64,000 bases of DNA, taken from assembly GCA_964566535.1 (NCBI GenBank), contig CAZMIO010000001.1, positions 183,751-247,750 on the forward strand, read 5' to 3'. Below are positions 45,815-55,411 of this stretch, in pieces (position 1 is the stretch's first letter; every line of letters begins with the position of its first letter). Position numbers and translations under genes: made by a program. The notes under the pieces are model-generated. The model was not told the origin of the DNA and searched no databases. It saw only the letters and a program-made list of their open reading frames with translations. Source of the stretch: an uncultured Methanosarcinales archaeon (GTDB lineage Archaea; Nanobdellota; Nanobdellia; Woesearchaeales; CAZOXR01).

Positions 45815-46429
45815 CTACTTATCATAACCAGTAATTGGTCTCCAGAATGGCTCTGGTGTGGGTATGAATGTTCTCAAATTAAGAAATTGTTTAATTTTAG
45901 ACTGAAACTTATATGCTTCTCTCCAAAGTTCTTTTTCTCTTTTTTCTATTTCCTGGCTTAAAATCCTTTTGTTGTAAAGGTCTAGAAAATTTTTAAGGAA
46001 CCAATGGTTTTTCCACTCACCCTTGTAGTCTGCTTCGACAACTGGACGTATATGGAACTCAATTTCGCCTTTATTTAGGTTTACTTCTTTTCCTTGATGC
46101 ATTATCTTATGAGGAACCATATACATCACATGAAAGTCAAAATCTAGGCGGTAACGAAAATATCCACTATATTTTGATTCTGGCATCTTCATAGTTCGCC
46201 ACCAAACCCACATCTCCATTCCGCCCCTATGAAGTCCTTTTTGGATGTGTTTTTCTAAGTATAGGACCTCAGCATACCTATGGCCCTCTCCTGTACCGGT
46301 TATTTGGTCTTCATCTAGAAATCCTTCCTCAGCTAAATATTCATGGAACATTACGTAAAGATTCTTAATATGGAAAACGTCTGAGTATTTTACTTTAAAC
46401 TCTGGGATGTTTGAAACTACCTCTACCAT
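45815..46429 (-). CDS. Hypothetical protein
   Basis: 204-aa ORF; aromatic-rich; no motifs recognised. Confidence 0.35.
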   Translation of the reverse strand: MVEVVSNIPEFKVKYSDVFHIKNLYVMFHEYLAEEGFLDEDQITGTGEGHRYAEVLYLEKHIQKGLHRGGMEMWVWWRTMKMPESKYSGYFRYRLDFDFHVMYMVPHKIMHQGKEVNLNKGEIEFHIRPVVEADYKGEWKNHWFLKNFLDLYNKRILSQEIEKREKELWREAYKFQSKIKQFLNLRTFIPTPEPFWRPITGYDK

Positions 46430-46496
46430 AATCTCTTCTTTTGAATTATAATTTTATAAACTTTTCGGTATGGAGAATAAGTTAAGATAGTAATGA

Positions 46497-46880
46497 TTAT
46501 TTCTTTCCGTACTGTTTAAAGCTTTGAACTAGGTCAATCATGTATTTTCCTTCTTCTAGCTTAAATATTAATGGGTCTCCCTTGAACAGGTGGACTAGAT
46601 CAAATTCATATTTGCCTGGCTTGGTAACTCTAATTGCTTCTAAATCAAGAACAACTGGCTGGTCTTTATCTATTTCCTGCTCAACTAAGTCAAAAACATC
46701 TTTTTCTAATTGTTTCTTCTCTGCGTCATTAAGTTTAATAGTACCAGTTGCTTTTTTAACTTCTTCTAGCTTTTCTTTCTTAATGTAGAAAAAGAGTTTG
46801 CCACCACAAGAACAGCCTTTTATTATTTCACCTGCTCCATCATCGTAAAACGAACTGCATCTAACACATTGGTGAGGCAT
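46497..46880 (-). CDS. Zn-ribbon protein (conserved archaeal family co-located with the GTPase below; DUF2072-like)
   Basis: CVRCSS...CSCGG four-Cys ribbon at the N-terminus. Confidence 0.4.
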   Translation of the reverse strand: MPHQCVRCSSFYDDGAGEIIKGCSCGGKLFFYIKKEKLEEVKKATGTIKLNDAEKKQLEKDVFDLVEQEIDKDQPVVLDLEAIRVTKPGKYEFDLVHLFKGDPLIFKLEEGKYMIDLVQSFKQYGKK

Positions 46881-46881
46881 A

Positions 46882-47292
46882 TTATCTTCCTTTTTTTATT
46901 TTACCCTTCTTTGTCCTATTATTTGGACCTTCTTTGGTGAATAACTGAATTTTATCTGGATCTTTCTTGATTTCTTTGACGATTGCTGCTGGACCAACTA
47001 TGGTAAATCCTTGTCTGTCTCCAAGCAGAAAATTGACAAAATTTGTTCTTACTGCCTTAAAAAAAGGCTGGTCTTTTCTCTCAGGGTTTATTACTGCTAA
47101 TTCGATCCCTTTGAACTTTTGGTCGATTTCTTCCATTGCTATTGCAATTAGGTCTGCTTCTTCTTCTTTTTTAAGTCGTCCTTCGAGCAAAACTATTTTG
47201 TTGTCCTTCACTACATCAACAAGTTTCTTTACCTTTCTAGCTGGACCTAGGTCCTCTATTTCTCCGTATGGTATAAACTGCAGTGTTAACAT
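46882..47292 (-). CDS. Conserved archaeal hypothetical protein (DUF2073-like), in an operon with the Zn-ribbon gene
   Basis: ORF abutting the Zn-ribbon gene (stop and start 2 bp apart). Confidence 0.35.
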   Translation of the reverse strand: MLTLQFIPYGEIEDLGPARKVKKLVDVVKDNKIVLLEGRLKKEEEADLIAIAMEEIDQKFKGIELAVINPERKDQPFFKAVRTNFVNFLLGDRQGFTIVGPAAIVKEIKKDPDKIQLFTKEGPNNRTKKGKIKKGR

Positions 47293-47314
47293 TTTTACCT
47301 CTTTTTGTCAAAAA

Positions 47315-47411
47315 CCACCATACTAAAGCATGGTGGCGTGTTTCACATGCCACTAACATATAAGGTTGTTTTTGAGCATGCTCAGAATTCCTCCATTTTT
47401 AAGAATGGTGG
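47315..47411. promoter_or_regulatory. Dense operator region: two dyads of CC(A/T)CCAT-N8-ATGGTGG flanking the palindrome TTTTTGAGCATGCTCAGAA
   Basis: 47315..47336 CCACCATactaaagcATGGTGG; 47367..47386 is the exact reverse complement of the 20-mer at 23311; 47385..47416 GAATTCCTCCATttttaagaATGGTGGAATTC. Confidence 0.55.
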
Positions 47412-47422
47412 AATTCTGACAT

Positions 47423-48058
47423 TTAAGCTACTAGGGCAAATAGGCCTTCATAAAATTTATCTATGTTATCTCCACGCTTAGCAGAGATGCCAATTACCTC
47501 ATATTGAGGGAATGCGGATTGAATCTTTTTAATACTTGCCTTTTTTAGGTCAATTTTATTGGCAACTATCATGACTGGTATGTCTCTTGCCTGAAGATTT
47601 CCTATGATTGTGATGTTAACTTGTGAATAAGGGTCTTTTGTCGAGTCTAGAACAACAATGACTGTTTCCATCTCATCCAGCCACTTTATCGAGTCAATTA
47701 TTCCTTTTGTTGCTTCTTTTGCTCTTTTTTTTGCTTCTTTTTCCTTCATCCCAGTTTTTATGAAATCTTCATAATCTATTTTTGTAGCTATACCTGGAGT
47801 GTCAACGAGATTGAAAGAAAGTTCTTTTCCGTCTTCATTTTTGATGTTAATCTGCTCTTTTATCTGGATTTCTCTTGTTTCGTGAGCAACGTTACTTACA
47901 CTGCCCATGTCTTCTCCGAGCCAATCCTGGCAAATTTTATTTGCTAAAGTTGTTTTTCCGCCGTTTGGAGGACCATAGATTCCGAGCTTGACGTGTTTTT
48001 TTCCTTTGAAAATATTCTTAAAAACTTTGTCAATAAATCCTTTTATTATTTTAAACAT
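47423..48058 (-). CDS. Small GTP-binding protein (Era/EngB-like archaeal GTPase)
   Basis: G1 GPPNGGKTT; G3 DTPGI; G4 NKIDL. Confidence 0.65.
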   Translation of the reverse strand: MFKIIKGFIDKVFKNIFKGKKHVKLGIYGPPNGGKTTLANKICQDWLGEDMGSVSNVAHETREIQIKEQINIKNEDGKELSFNLVDTPGIATKIDYEDFIKTGMKEKEAKKRAKEATKGIIDSIKWLDEMETVIVVLDSTKDPYSQVNITIIGNLQARDIPVMIVANKIDLKKASIKKIQSAFPQYEVIGISAKRGDNIDKFYEGLFALVA

Positions 48059-48167
48059 TTATTACCACTCTAAAATCATTTAAGACTCCATTATATAAAT
48101 TTTTTGCTACTGCATAATATAGTATAATATGAGAGAGTTTATATAGTAATTTACTGTTTTAATTTCT

Positions 48168-49148
48168 ATGGGAAGATTACCATTTGAATACCTCTTAAGG
48201 AAGGAACTAGTTAGGAAAGATAGTAGGACTGATCCTAATTTTGGGTGTAAGCCAAAGGATAGGTCAGTTGAAGAGTTGATTAGTTATGGGATTGTGAATA
48301 TTGACAAACCTCCAGGTCCTACTTCTCATCAGGTTTCTGCTTATTTACAGGATATTTTAGGGATTGATAAGGGGGGGCATTCTGGAACACTTGATCCAAA
48401 TGTTACAGGTGTACTACCTACTGCTTTATGCAAGGGGACTAGGATTGTTCAGACATTATTGACTGCAGGTAAGGAGTATATTGCACTGATGCATCTGCAT
48501 AAGGAAGTGAAGGAGAAGAAGGTTAAGCAAATTATGAAAAGTTTTGTTGGGAAGATTATTCAGAAACCTCCTGTAAAGAGTGCTGTTAAGAGAGTTGAGC
48601 GAGAGAGGGAAATTTATTATATGGAGTTCATGGAGATGGATGGGCAAGACGTACTCTTTAGGGTTGGATGTGAGGCTGGGACTTATATTAGAAAATTGAT
48701 CTATGATATGGGGAAGAAGTTGAAAGTAGGTGCCCATATGGCTGAGTTAAGACGTACGAAAGCAGGGCCTTTTGATGAAAGTACGCTTTTTACATTACAT
48801 GATTTGGCTGATGCTTATCATTATTATAAATCTGAGGGGAATGAGAAGTACATTAGGAAAGTTGTTCAACCAATGGAGAATGGAGTTGAGCATTTAGCTA
48901 AGGTTTGGGTGGTGGATTCAAGTGTGAGTAGTTTAACCCATGGTTCTGACTTGAAGGTGCCGGGTATTGCTAAAGTTCATGATCAGATTGAGAAGGGAGA
49001 TAGAGTAGGAGTGTTTAGTCTGAAGAATGAGCTTATTTGTTTAGGTATTGCTAAGATGAAGACTAAGGATATGTTGAAAGATAAGGGTGTTGCTATAAAA
49101 ACTGAGAAAGTGTTTATGGCTGATGATAGGTATGAGATTAAGACTTAG
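48168..49148 (+). CDS. cbf5: H/ACA RNP pseudouridine synthase Cbf5 (TruB family) with a PUA domain
   Basis: IVNIDKPPGPTSHQV...HSGTLDPNVTGVLP (catalytic Asp); C-terminal PUA. Confidence 0.85.
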   Translation: MGRLPFEYLLRKELVRKDSRTDPNFGCKPKDRSVEELISYGIVNIDKPPGPTSHQVSAYLQDILGIDKGGHSGTLDPNVTGVLPTALCKGTRIVQTLLTAGKEYIALMHLHKEVKEKKVKQIMKSFVGKIIQKPPVKSAVKRVEREREIYYMEFMEMDGQDVLFRVGCEAGTYIRKLIYDMGKKLKVGAHMAELRRTKAGPFDESTLFTLHDLADAYHYYKSEGNEKYIRKVVQPMENGVEHLAKVWVVDSSVSSLTHGSDLKVPGIAKVHDQIEKGDRVGVFSLKNELICLGIAKMKTKDMLKDKGVAIKTEKVFMADDRYEIKT

Positions 49149-49425
49149 TAATTATATCGTTTTGTATTCTTTTTGATTCGTTGAAAATTGATAAGAACAC
49201 TTCTTCGACGAAACTTTCATCAAGGCCTTGTTCTTTTGCCATTGTTTGAAGTTTTTTCATGATTTGCTGTTCACGCTGTTCGTCAAAGATTGGGATGTCG
49301 TTTCCTTTTTTGTACTCTGCAATTTCTGGCATTAATGACATTCTTTCTGCTAGTGCAGTTATGATTACGACGTCTATTCTGTCAATGTGTTTTCTGACTT
49401 TTTTTATTAGTTCCATGTTTGCCAT
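49138..49425 (-). CDS. Chorismate mutase (AroQ-type), putative
   Basis: 95 aa, all-helical; IDRIDVVIITALAERMSLMPEIAEYKKGNDIPIFDEQREQQI resembles AroQ. Confidence 0.45.
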   Translation of the reverse strand: MANMELIKKVRKHIDRIDVVIITALAERMSLMPEIAEYKKGNDIPIFDEQREQQIMKKLQTMAKEQGLDESFVEEVFLSIFNESKRIQNDIITKS

Positions 49426-49559
49426 AGATTGTTAGATTTTGGTTGAGTATTTAAAGTTTTTGTTAAGAAATGGTTGTATATTATAGATTATCTCTTTCTT
49501 CTCTCTTTATTTTTCTCTCAATATAGATTCCAAACTCATGCTAAAGAACAACAACCAAT

Positions 49560-50438
49560 TTAATGCGGAACCATTCTCTCAGCAAATGTTTTTTGATCAC
49601 GTAAACTTACTGAAAATCTTTGTTCAACTTCTCTTAGAATTTCCCTCTCATCGTCAAGCATTTTTGTTAGAGCTTGCTCTTGGCCAGAAATAGATCCATA
49701 CACCAGATGTATTAACGTTCTCACATGTTGAGTGATTTCTCCCCTTTTCCTCCTTAATTCTTCAAAATATTTGAACAAATTCTCGGGGTCATTATCACTT
49801 AATAGATCATATAATCTGTTACAATTCTGAAGGACTCCTTTAAGTATACTCATAAATGTACCATTAATAATCCTAACTGTTTGTTGATCAAGTGATTCAT
49901 CTCTTATGTGTTTTAATTGACTCTCAAAAAATCCATAAACCTCAAGTTCATTTCGATCAAATCTTGGACGTTCAATAACCCCCCTTAAATCTGCTTTTAT
50001 ATCCTCCTCAATATGCAAATCAGCGGAAATTTCTCTCTCAAATTCTTTGGAAGCAGTTAAACCTCTTTCTGAAAAACGTTTCTCATCTCTAACCAGCTTT
50101 GCTAACTGATTAATTTGTTGTAATAAGGAATGAAGATAAAAAAATACTCCTTTTAGTCTTACAAGGGCTCTTTTTCTTAACTCTTCATCTAACTCAGGTT
50201 CATAATTATGTTCACCACGTCCCTCAAAATATCTCCTCCCACTTTTTGTTTCCAATTGATAATGTCTAGCCTGGTCCCATCTTGATTTATAAGCCTCCCT
50301 TCTATGAAAATTAACGTGTGATCGAAGATCTCTCTCACTTCCTAAAGTAGCTAATGGTTTTCTCAATTCATCTAAAGGATGAGCTTGTTTTATTCTATTA
50401 GTTATAATCTTAATTTGAACTCTAGCTCTATTGACCAA
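49560..50438 (-). CDS. Hypothetical protein (GC-richer, Arg/Glu-rich)
   Basis: ORF only. Confidence 0.35.
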   Translation of the reverse strand: MVNRARVQIKIITNRIKQAHPLDELRKPLATLGSERDLRSHVNFHRREAYKSRWDQARHYQLETKSGRRYFEGRGEHNYEPELDEELRKRALVRLKGVFFYLHSLLQQINQLAKLVRDEKRFSERGLTASKEFEREISADLHIEEDIKADLRGVIERPRFDRNELEVYGFFESQLKHIRDESLDQQTVRIINGTFMSILKGVLQNCNRLYDLLSDNDPENLFKYFEELRRKRGEITQHVRTLIHLVYGSISGQEQALTKMLDDEREILREVEQRFSVSLRDQKTFAERMVPH

Positions 50439-50464
50439 AACTGCAATCTTTTTTTCCTGATATA

Positions 50465-50692
50465 TTAATTGACAACTGATTCTTGATGAGCCTCTTCCGC
50501 TTTTCTTATTCCTTCTAACTCTGCTTCAAGTCTTTCAACATCAGCTTCAGCCCTCCTCTTATCAACTGCAATCTCACCTTTTTCTCTTCTTAATTCCGTA
50601 ACAGCTTCTCTTAATTCCTTAACTTCATCTCTTAAACCATCTATTGTAGAATCTTTTGCTGCAAGTGCTCTCTTGGTCTTTGGAAGTTGCAT
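50465..50692 (-). CDS. Small coiled-coil protein (GC-richer)
   Basis: ORF only; heptad E/R-rich. Confidence 0.3.
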   Translation of the reverse strand: MQLPKTKRALAAKDSTIDGLRDEVKELREAVTELRREKGEIAVDKRRAEADVERLEAELEGIRKAEEAHQESVVN

Positions 50693-50795
50693 ATTTATAC
50701 TTTCAATCTATTCATTTAAAAATATTCCTATTTTATAGAATTAACCTTACTCCAACCCATCAAGAACTATCATTCTGTTAGAATTCTGAATAAGT

Positions 50796-52127
50796 TCATA
50801 ATTTGTTAATTGCGGATTTGAACTTACTCTTTTCTTTATTCAAATTAGAGATTTCTTTAGTTAAGTGTTGTTTTATTTTATTTAGTCCTAAGTTTCCAGT
50901 TGCGCCTAAATGTTTCTTTTCTTTTATGTTCTTTATTGGGTTGGTAGTTTTTAGTTTGTCTAGGTTTAGTGCAACGTCTTTGTATGCAACTCGGAAGGGG
51001 ATTCCTTTCTTAACTAAATCTAATGCTTTGTCTGTTGCATAGAGCTCTTTTGTACAGGAAGCTATGCATTTTTCTTTGTTTACTTTTAGTTTGTTGATTG
51101 CCAAGTTCATTATGTTTAATGAAGATAATGCTAGGTTGAATCCTTTGATCAAAGGTTCTTTAGTTAGTTGGTAGTCGCGGTTGTAGCCAGAGAACTGGTT
51201 TTTGATTATGTTTTCAACTTGGAATTGGTATGACTGCATAACAGACACTTTTGCACGGATTAATTCTAATACATCTGGGTTTTGTTTTTGTGGCATGATT
51301 GAGGAGCCAGTGCAGATTTCTTTTGGTAAACTGATGTAGTCGAATTCTTTTGTTGAAAATAGGATTAAGTCGGTTGCTAATTTACCCAAGTCTAGCATAA
51401 CTTGTGTTAAAGCGTTTAGTATTATGCTTTCTACTTTGCCACGGCTGTTGCTGCAGTACAAAGTATTGTTTTGGACTTTATCGAAGCCTAACAGGTTGGA
51501 GACTAGTTTTCTGTCTATGTTTAAATTTACGCCATACCCTGCTGCTCCGCCTAATGGGGATTGGTTGTTTAATTTGTATGCTGTGTCTAGTAGTTGTAGA
51601 TTGTCCATTAATGATTCTAGGGATGCTGCTGACCATAAACCTACTGAAGAGGGCATTGCTTTTTGAGTGTGAGTATAGCCAGGCATTGGAATTTCTTTGT
51701 TGCTGTTGCTGAGATCTAGTAAAGATTCGCATAAACAAAGTAATGTTCCTTTTATGTTTAGTAATTGGTCTTTGCTGTATAGTCTTGTGTCCAATAATAC
51801 TTGATCATTTCTAGAACGTGCTGTGTGTATTTTCTTTCCTAAGTTTCCTAGCTTTTTTGTTAAGTGATTTTCAACTGCTGTATGTACGTCTTCGTCTTTT
51901 TGAGTTATTTTGAAGTTATTATTGGTTAGAATCTTTTTTAATTGTGTTTTTAGTTTTGTTAGTTCTTTACTGTTGATTACTTTAATTTTGTTTAGCATAG
52001 TTGCATGAGCTATAGAACCTAAGACGTCCCACTTTAATAGCTCTTTATCTAGCAGATAGTCGTTTCCGACTGTGAATTTTTCTATTTCTTTGTTTACGTT
52101 GTAGTTTTTTTGCCAGAGTTTTGTCAT
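50796..52127 (-). CDS. argH: Argininosuccinate lyase
   Basis: TARSRNDQV; GSSIMPQKQNPDVLELIRAK (fumarate-lyase signature, ASL-type); ASL-like N-terminus. Confidence 0.75.
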   Translation of the reverse strand: MTKLWQKNYNVNKEIEKFTVGNDYLLDKELLKWDVLGSIAHATMLNKIKVINSKELTKLKTQLKKILTNNNFKITQKDEDVHTAVENHLTKKLGNLGKKIHTARSRNDQVLLDTRLYSKDQLLNIKGTLLCLCESLLDLSNSNKEIPMPGYTHTQKAMPSSVGLWSAASLESLMDNLQLLDTAYKLNNQSPLGGAAGYGVNLNIDRKLVSNLLGFDKVQNNTLYCSNSRGKVESIILNALTQVMLDLGKLATDLILFSTKEFDYISLPKEICTGSSIMPQKQNPDVLELIRAKVSVMQSYQFQVENIIKNQFSGYNRDYQLTKEPLIKGFNLALSSLNIMNLAINKLKVNKEKCIASCTKELYATDKALDLVKKGIPFRVAYKDVALNLDKLKTTNPIKNIKEKKHLGATGNLGLNKIKQHLTKEISNLNKEKSKFKSAINKL

Positions 52128-52136
52128 CTTAATCTT

Positions 52137-52251
52137 TTATTCTCCAATACGGTTAATTTGGTTTTCCAATGGTTGAAATTTTTTAATATTAAATAAAGAC
52201 TGTGGTTCATTAGCAATTTCACTGCACCACTATCCTCAAATGAAATTGCGA
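52137..52251. repeat. Interspersed intergenic element family 2, copy 2 (core plus conserved-stem hairpin)
   Basis: Core about 95% identical to 5963..6028; hairpin GCAATTTCA-N20-TGAAATTGC has the same stem as copy 1 but a different loop. Confidence 0.7.
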
Positions 52252-52412
52252 ATGTGTCTCGTCTTTTTGATTTATATTTTAATTGTTTATTGGTAAGTTT
52301 TTATTAGATTATAATCTAGTATATTACTTTATAAACTTATTGACTTGTAGAAAACAGAAATGGACATTGATGTCTTATATAGAACAAATAGTGAGTAGAA
52401 TTGATATTTTTA

Positions 52413-53612
52413 TTATCTATAGTTATTTTGATGGTGTCTTACGATCTGACTAACGTCGCCAAGTACAGCTCGTGCTGTTGTTTCAGGACCTGCTCCTGGC
52501 CCTTGCATAATAAGTTCTTTGCCTGGTTCATCTAATTGAATCCTTAAGAGGTTTGTTGTGCCCTCTAACATCCCTAGTGGACCGTCAACTGGAACTTGTT
52601 CTAATCCAACGTCCACTTCAACTGTATGTTCTGCCCTATTATAAGACACTGTACCGCAATATCTGAATGTGTGCCCTTCAGAGACGTTTCCAAAATAATC
52701 TCCTAATACGGCATCGTGTTCTCTAATTGCTTCAACAAAATCATCCTTTCCAAGAGAAGATAGTTGACTAGCTACAGCTTGATAGTCAGCAGGACTAGAA
52801 AATGCCCCCTCAATAAATGAACGGTGGTTGACCATTACATCACCTGGATTGACACCAAAATGATAAGCAACTAACTCCCCTATAATTATCATCTTATTTC
52901 TCACGTCTTCACCTGAGAAGTCGGTCCATGGAGTTGGCTCTGTATACCCTTCCTCATTAGCAGCTCTTGCTATTTCGGAGAAGGCTTGTCCTTCTGGAAG
53001 TTGATTACATGCATATGCTAAAGTGCCACTGACGCAGCCTTCTGCTCTGAATTCAGATGGATGTTCTGTTGTTAATGTATGGATAACTCTTGTTGAGATT
53101 CCTATGTTAGCGCCAACTGTTGCACGAAGAGCTACCCTTCCTTCGAATGCCAGCTTAATCAGATCATACGCCATCTCTACTCCCCTTACTGTATCCTGAA
53201 CAAATGGATGTTTGTTGGCTGCTGCAGCGTACGCGCCTTCGTCAACGACTGCGTGATGAATGAGTGGAAGTGTGTCTTCTGAAGCAGTAACGTCTACAAT
53301 AGCAGTGTCCCTACTTGAATCAACAACGGCATCTAAAGATGCACTTGTGAATGGGCCTGGTGAATATCCAAGCGTTTGGCCAGTAGGGAATTGAGCTAAT
53401 CTATGTCCTGCCGATTTATGGTCTACAATTTGAAGTAGGGCATCGTCGCTAATTCCACCAGGACTATCATTATTAGAAGAAATAGATCCTCTACTATCGG
53501 CGATTGCGGCAACTCTGACTTTATCTCTATCGCGATATTCAGGAAGCATCTCGAGGACAGACAGTCCAACAGCTCCACTACCAATCATAACCAATTCAAT
53601 AGGTTTTGCCAT
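52413..53612 (-). CDS. hom: Homoserine dehydrogenase, putative (GC-richer)
   Basis: N-terminal Rossmann fold VMIGSGAVG; C-terminal QGPGAGPETTARAVLGDV resembles the Hom catalytic segment. Confidence 0.5.
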   Translation of the reverse strand: MAKPIELVMIGSGAVGLSVLEMLPEYRDRDKVRVAAIADSRGSISSNNDSPGGISDDALLQIVDHKSAGHRLAQFPTGQTLGYSPGPFTSASLDAVVDSSRDTAIVDVTASEDTLPLIHHAVVDEGAYAAAANKHPFVQDTVRGVEMAYDLIKLAFEGRVALRATVGANIGISTRVIHTLTTEHPSEFRAEGCVSGTLAYACNQLPEGQAFSEIARAANEEGYTEPTPWTDFSGEDVRNKMIIIGELVAYHFGVNPGDVMVNHRSFIEGAFSSPADYQAVASQLSSLGKDDFVEAIREHDAVLGDYFGNVSEGHTFRYCGTVSYNRAEHTVEVDVGLEQVPVDGPLGMLEGTTNLLRIQLDEPGKELIMQGPGAGPETTARAVLGDVSQIVRHHQNNYR

Positions 53613-53686
53613 ATTTTTGGGAAATCAAAATTTGTTTATAAATTTTATGTTACTATTGTTACAAATGAGATTATTCTATGGATAAG

Positions 53687-54298
53687 TTAAGAATTGGCCT
53701 TTCTGTACTCTATCAGATCTTTTATTGTGATCATCTCTAGATTATGCTTCTTTGCGAACTCTTCTAAGTCTTCTAATCTTGCCATTGAACCATCATCATT
53801 CATGATCTCTGCGATGATTGCTACTTGTGATAGGCCGGCTAGCTTACACAAATCTACTGCTGCTTCTGTATGGCCTGGTCTGTCTAGAACTCCGTTTCCA
53901 TTTGCTCTTAATGGGAACATGTGACCTGGTCGGACTAAGTCTTCCGGTTTTGAATCTTTATTTAGGATAACTTTTATTGTTTCTAATCTGTCTGAGACAG
54001 AGACTCCTGTTGTGGTGTTTCTTTTTGCATCAATTGAGACTGTAAAAGGAGTATTGAATTTGTCTGAGTTGTCCGATACCATTAGGGGGATTTTTAATTC
54101 GTCTAGTCTTTCTGCTGCTGTTGGCAGGCACATTATTCCTCTGGCGTGTTTAAGCATGTAGTTAATCTTTGAAGGAGTTGCTTTTTCTGCAGCTATAACT
54201 ATGTCTCCTTCGTTTTCTCTGTTTTCGTCGTCAACAACGATAAGGAATTTTCCTCTTTGCATTAACTTTATTGCTGACTCTATTTTTGTGAAATTCAT
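53687..54298 (-). CDS. ribB: 3,4-dihydroxy-2-butanone-4-phosphate synthase
   Basis: VVDDENRENEGDIVIAAEKAT signature. Confidence 0.8.
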   Translation of the reverse strand: MNFTKIESAIKLMQRGKFLIVVDDENRENEGDIVIAAEKATPSKINYMLKHARGIMCLPTAAERLDELKIPLMVSDNSDKFNTPFTVSIDAKRNTTTGVSVSDRLETIKVILNKDSKPEDLVRPGHMFPLRANGNGVLDRPGHTEAAVDLCKLAGLSQVAIIAEIMNDDGSMARLEDLEEFAKKHNLEMITIKDLIEYRKANS

Positions 54299-54343
54299 AT
54301 AAAAAAGGAAGTTTTGAGGTTTTAAAAAAGTATCTAATTTAGA

Positions 54344-54970
54344 TTAAAGGTTGGCTGTTGGTGGTGGTTCTGGTGTTGATGGAGGTTCTGGTTTGTAGTG
54401 TTCTGTGGCATAGCCCATTAGTTGTTCAGGTGTTAGTTCTGCTAGGGCTCCGATTATTCTTTTGTCGTATTTGTTTACGGCAATAAGGGCTTCCAGTAGT
54501 TCTCCTTCAAATCCAGCTTGCCCGAGGTAGTCTGCTATTCCGCTATCAACTTCTTCAGACATTGACAGAGCTTCTCCAAGTGCAGTATAAAATTCGAATT
54601 CTCCATTTCTGGCTTCTATGCCAAGTTCTGAAATATCAATTAGTGAAGAAGGGGTAGCTATAACGCTGGTAAGTCCTTGTCTTATGTCTCCTTGAAATTC
54701 ATCAATCGCTCTTTCAAGAACTGCTTTAGCTGCCCAACAATAATGAGCTGAGAAAAAAGGATTGTTCCATCTAGCCTTTCTCATTTCTGGGTCATGGTAT
54801 TTATATTCTCCATCCCCCCTAGTCATAAGTAAATGTCGATGCTCTTCAGAAAAATAGAATGTATCGTCGATGTTAGATGAGTCGTAACTACCTTCATCCC
54901 ATGGAGATTGTAGTAGACATCCAACTACTCGTTTCTGAAGAGTTCCATCTTTATTTTTTCTTCGTGTCAT
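54344..54970 (-). CDS. Hypothetical protein (GC-richer), Pro-rich C-terminus
   Basis: ORF only. Confidence 0.35.
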   Translation of the reverse strand: MTRRKNKDGTLQKRVVGCLLQSPWDEGSYDSSNIDDTFYFSEEHRHLLMTRGDGEYKYHDPEMRKARWNNPFFSAHYCWAAKAVLERAIDEFQGDIRQGLTSVIATPSSLIDISELGIEARNGEFEFYTALGEALSMSEEVDSGIADYLGQAGFEGELLEALIAVNKYDKRIIGALAELTPEQLMGYATEHYKPEPPSTPEPPPTANL

Positions 54971-55105
54971 ATCAAATGGAGGTCTTAAAATCCTTTTAAA
55001 GTTTGTGAAATTCCCAAATAGAACCGAAAAGTATATAAATATTAATATTAAGATTACTAATAATAGTATTAATATTATTAATATTAATATGTCGGAAATA
55101 TACTG

Positions 55106-55195
55106 CGAGTATATTTCTGAGCATGATCAAGAACCACTCAAAAATCATACCACCAGTCCATAGCAAAGGAACTGTGACTGGTGGTTCTTGACAAC
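55106..55195. promoter_or_regulatory. Structured upstream region: ATATACT-GCG-AGTATAT hairpin, degenerate TGAGCATGATCA box, and a nested long inverted repeat TCAAGAACCAC..CCACCAGTC / GACTGGTGGTTCTTGA
   Basis: Perfect 16-nt 3' arm complementary to a split 5' arm; lies upstream of the abrB-like gene. Confidence 0.45.
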
Positions 55196-55200
55196 AAAAA

Positions 55201-55410
55201 ATGGATCCGAAGTTTATAGGGAAGGCGAAGATTACGAAGCAGGGGCAGGTTACCATGCCATTTGAGGCGAGGGATGACCTCGAGATAGAGTTAAATTCAG
55301 AAGTTTATTGGTATGAAGTGGGTGATTTTTTGATTGTGCTTAAGGAACTGATAAATCCTAAGGATCTCGCTATTAAGTTGAACAAAAAGAAAGGAGTAAT
55401 TAAGAAGTAG
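55201..55410 (+). CDS. AbrB/SpoVT (MazE-like) family DNA-binding protein
   Basis: KITKQGQVTMPFEARDDLEIELNSEVYW swapped-hairpin pattern. Confidence 0.5.
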   Translation: MDPKFIGKAKITKQGQVTMPFEARDDLEIELNSEVYWYEVGDFLIVLKELINPKDLAIKLNKKKGVIKK

Positions 55411-55411
55411 T

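Noticed and set aside
55040-55100. An ATTAATATTAAT-type low-complexity tract that might be a tandem repeat or origin-like element.
   Set aside because: It is a simple AT microsatellite-like sequence with no ORB-like or mini-ORB motifs and no adjacent cdc6/orc1.
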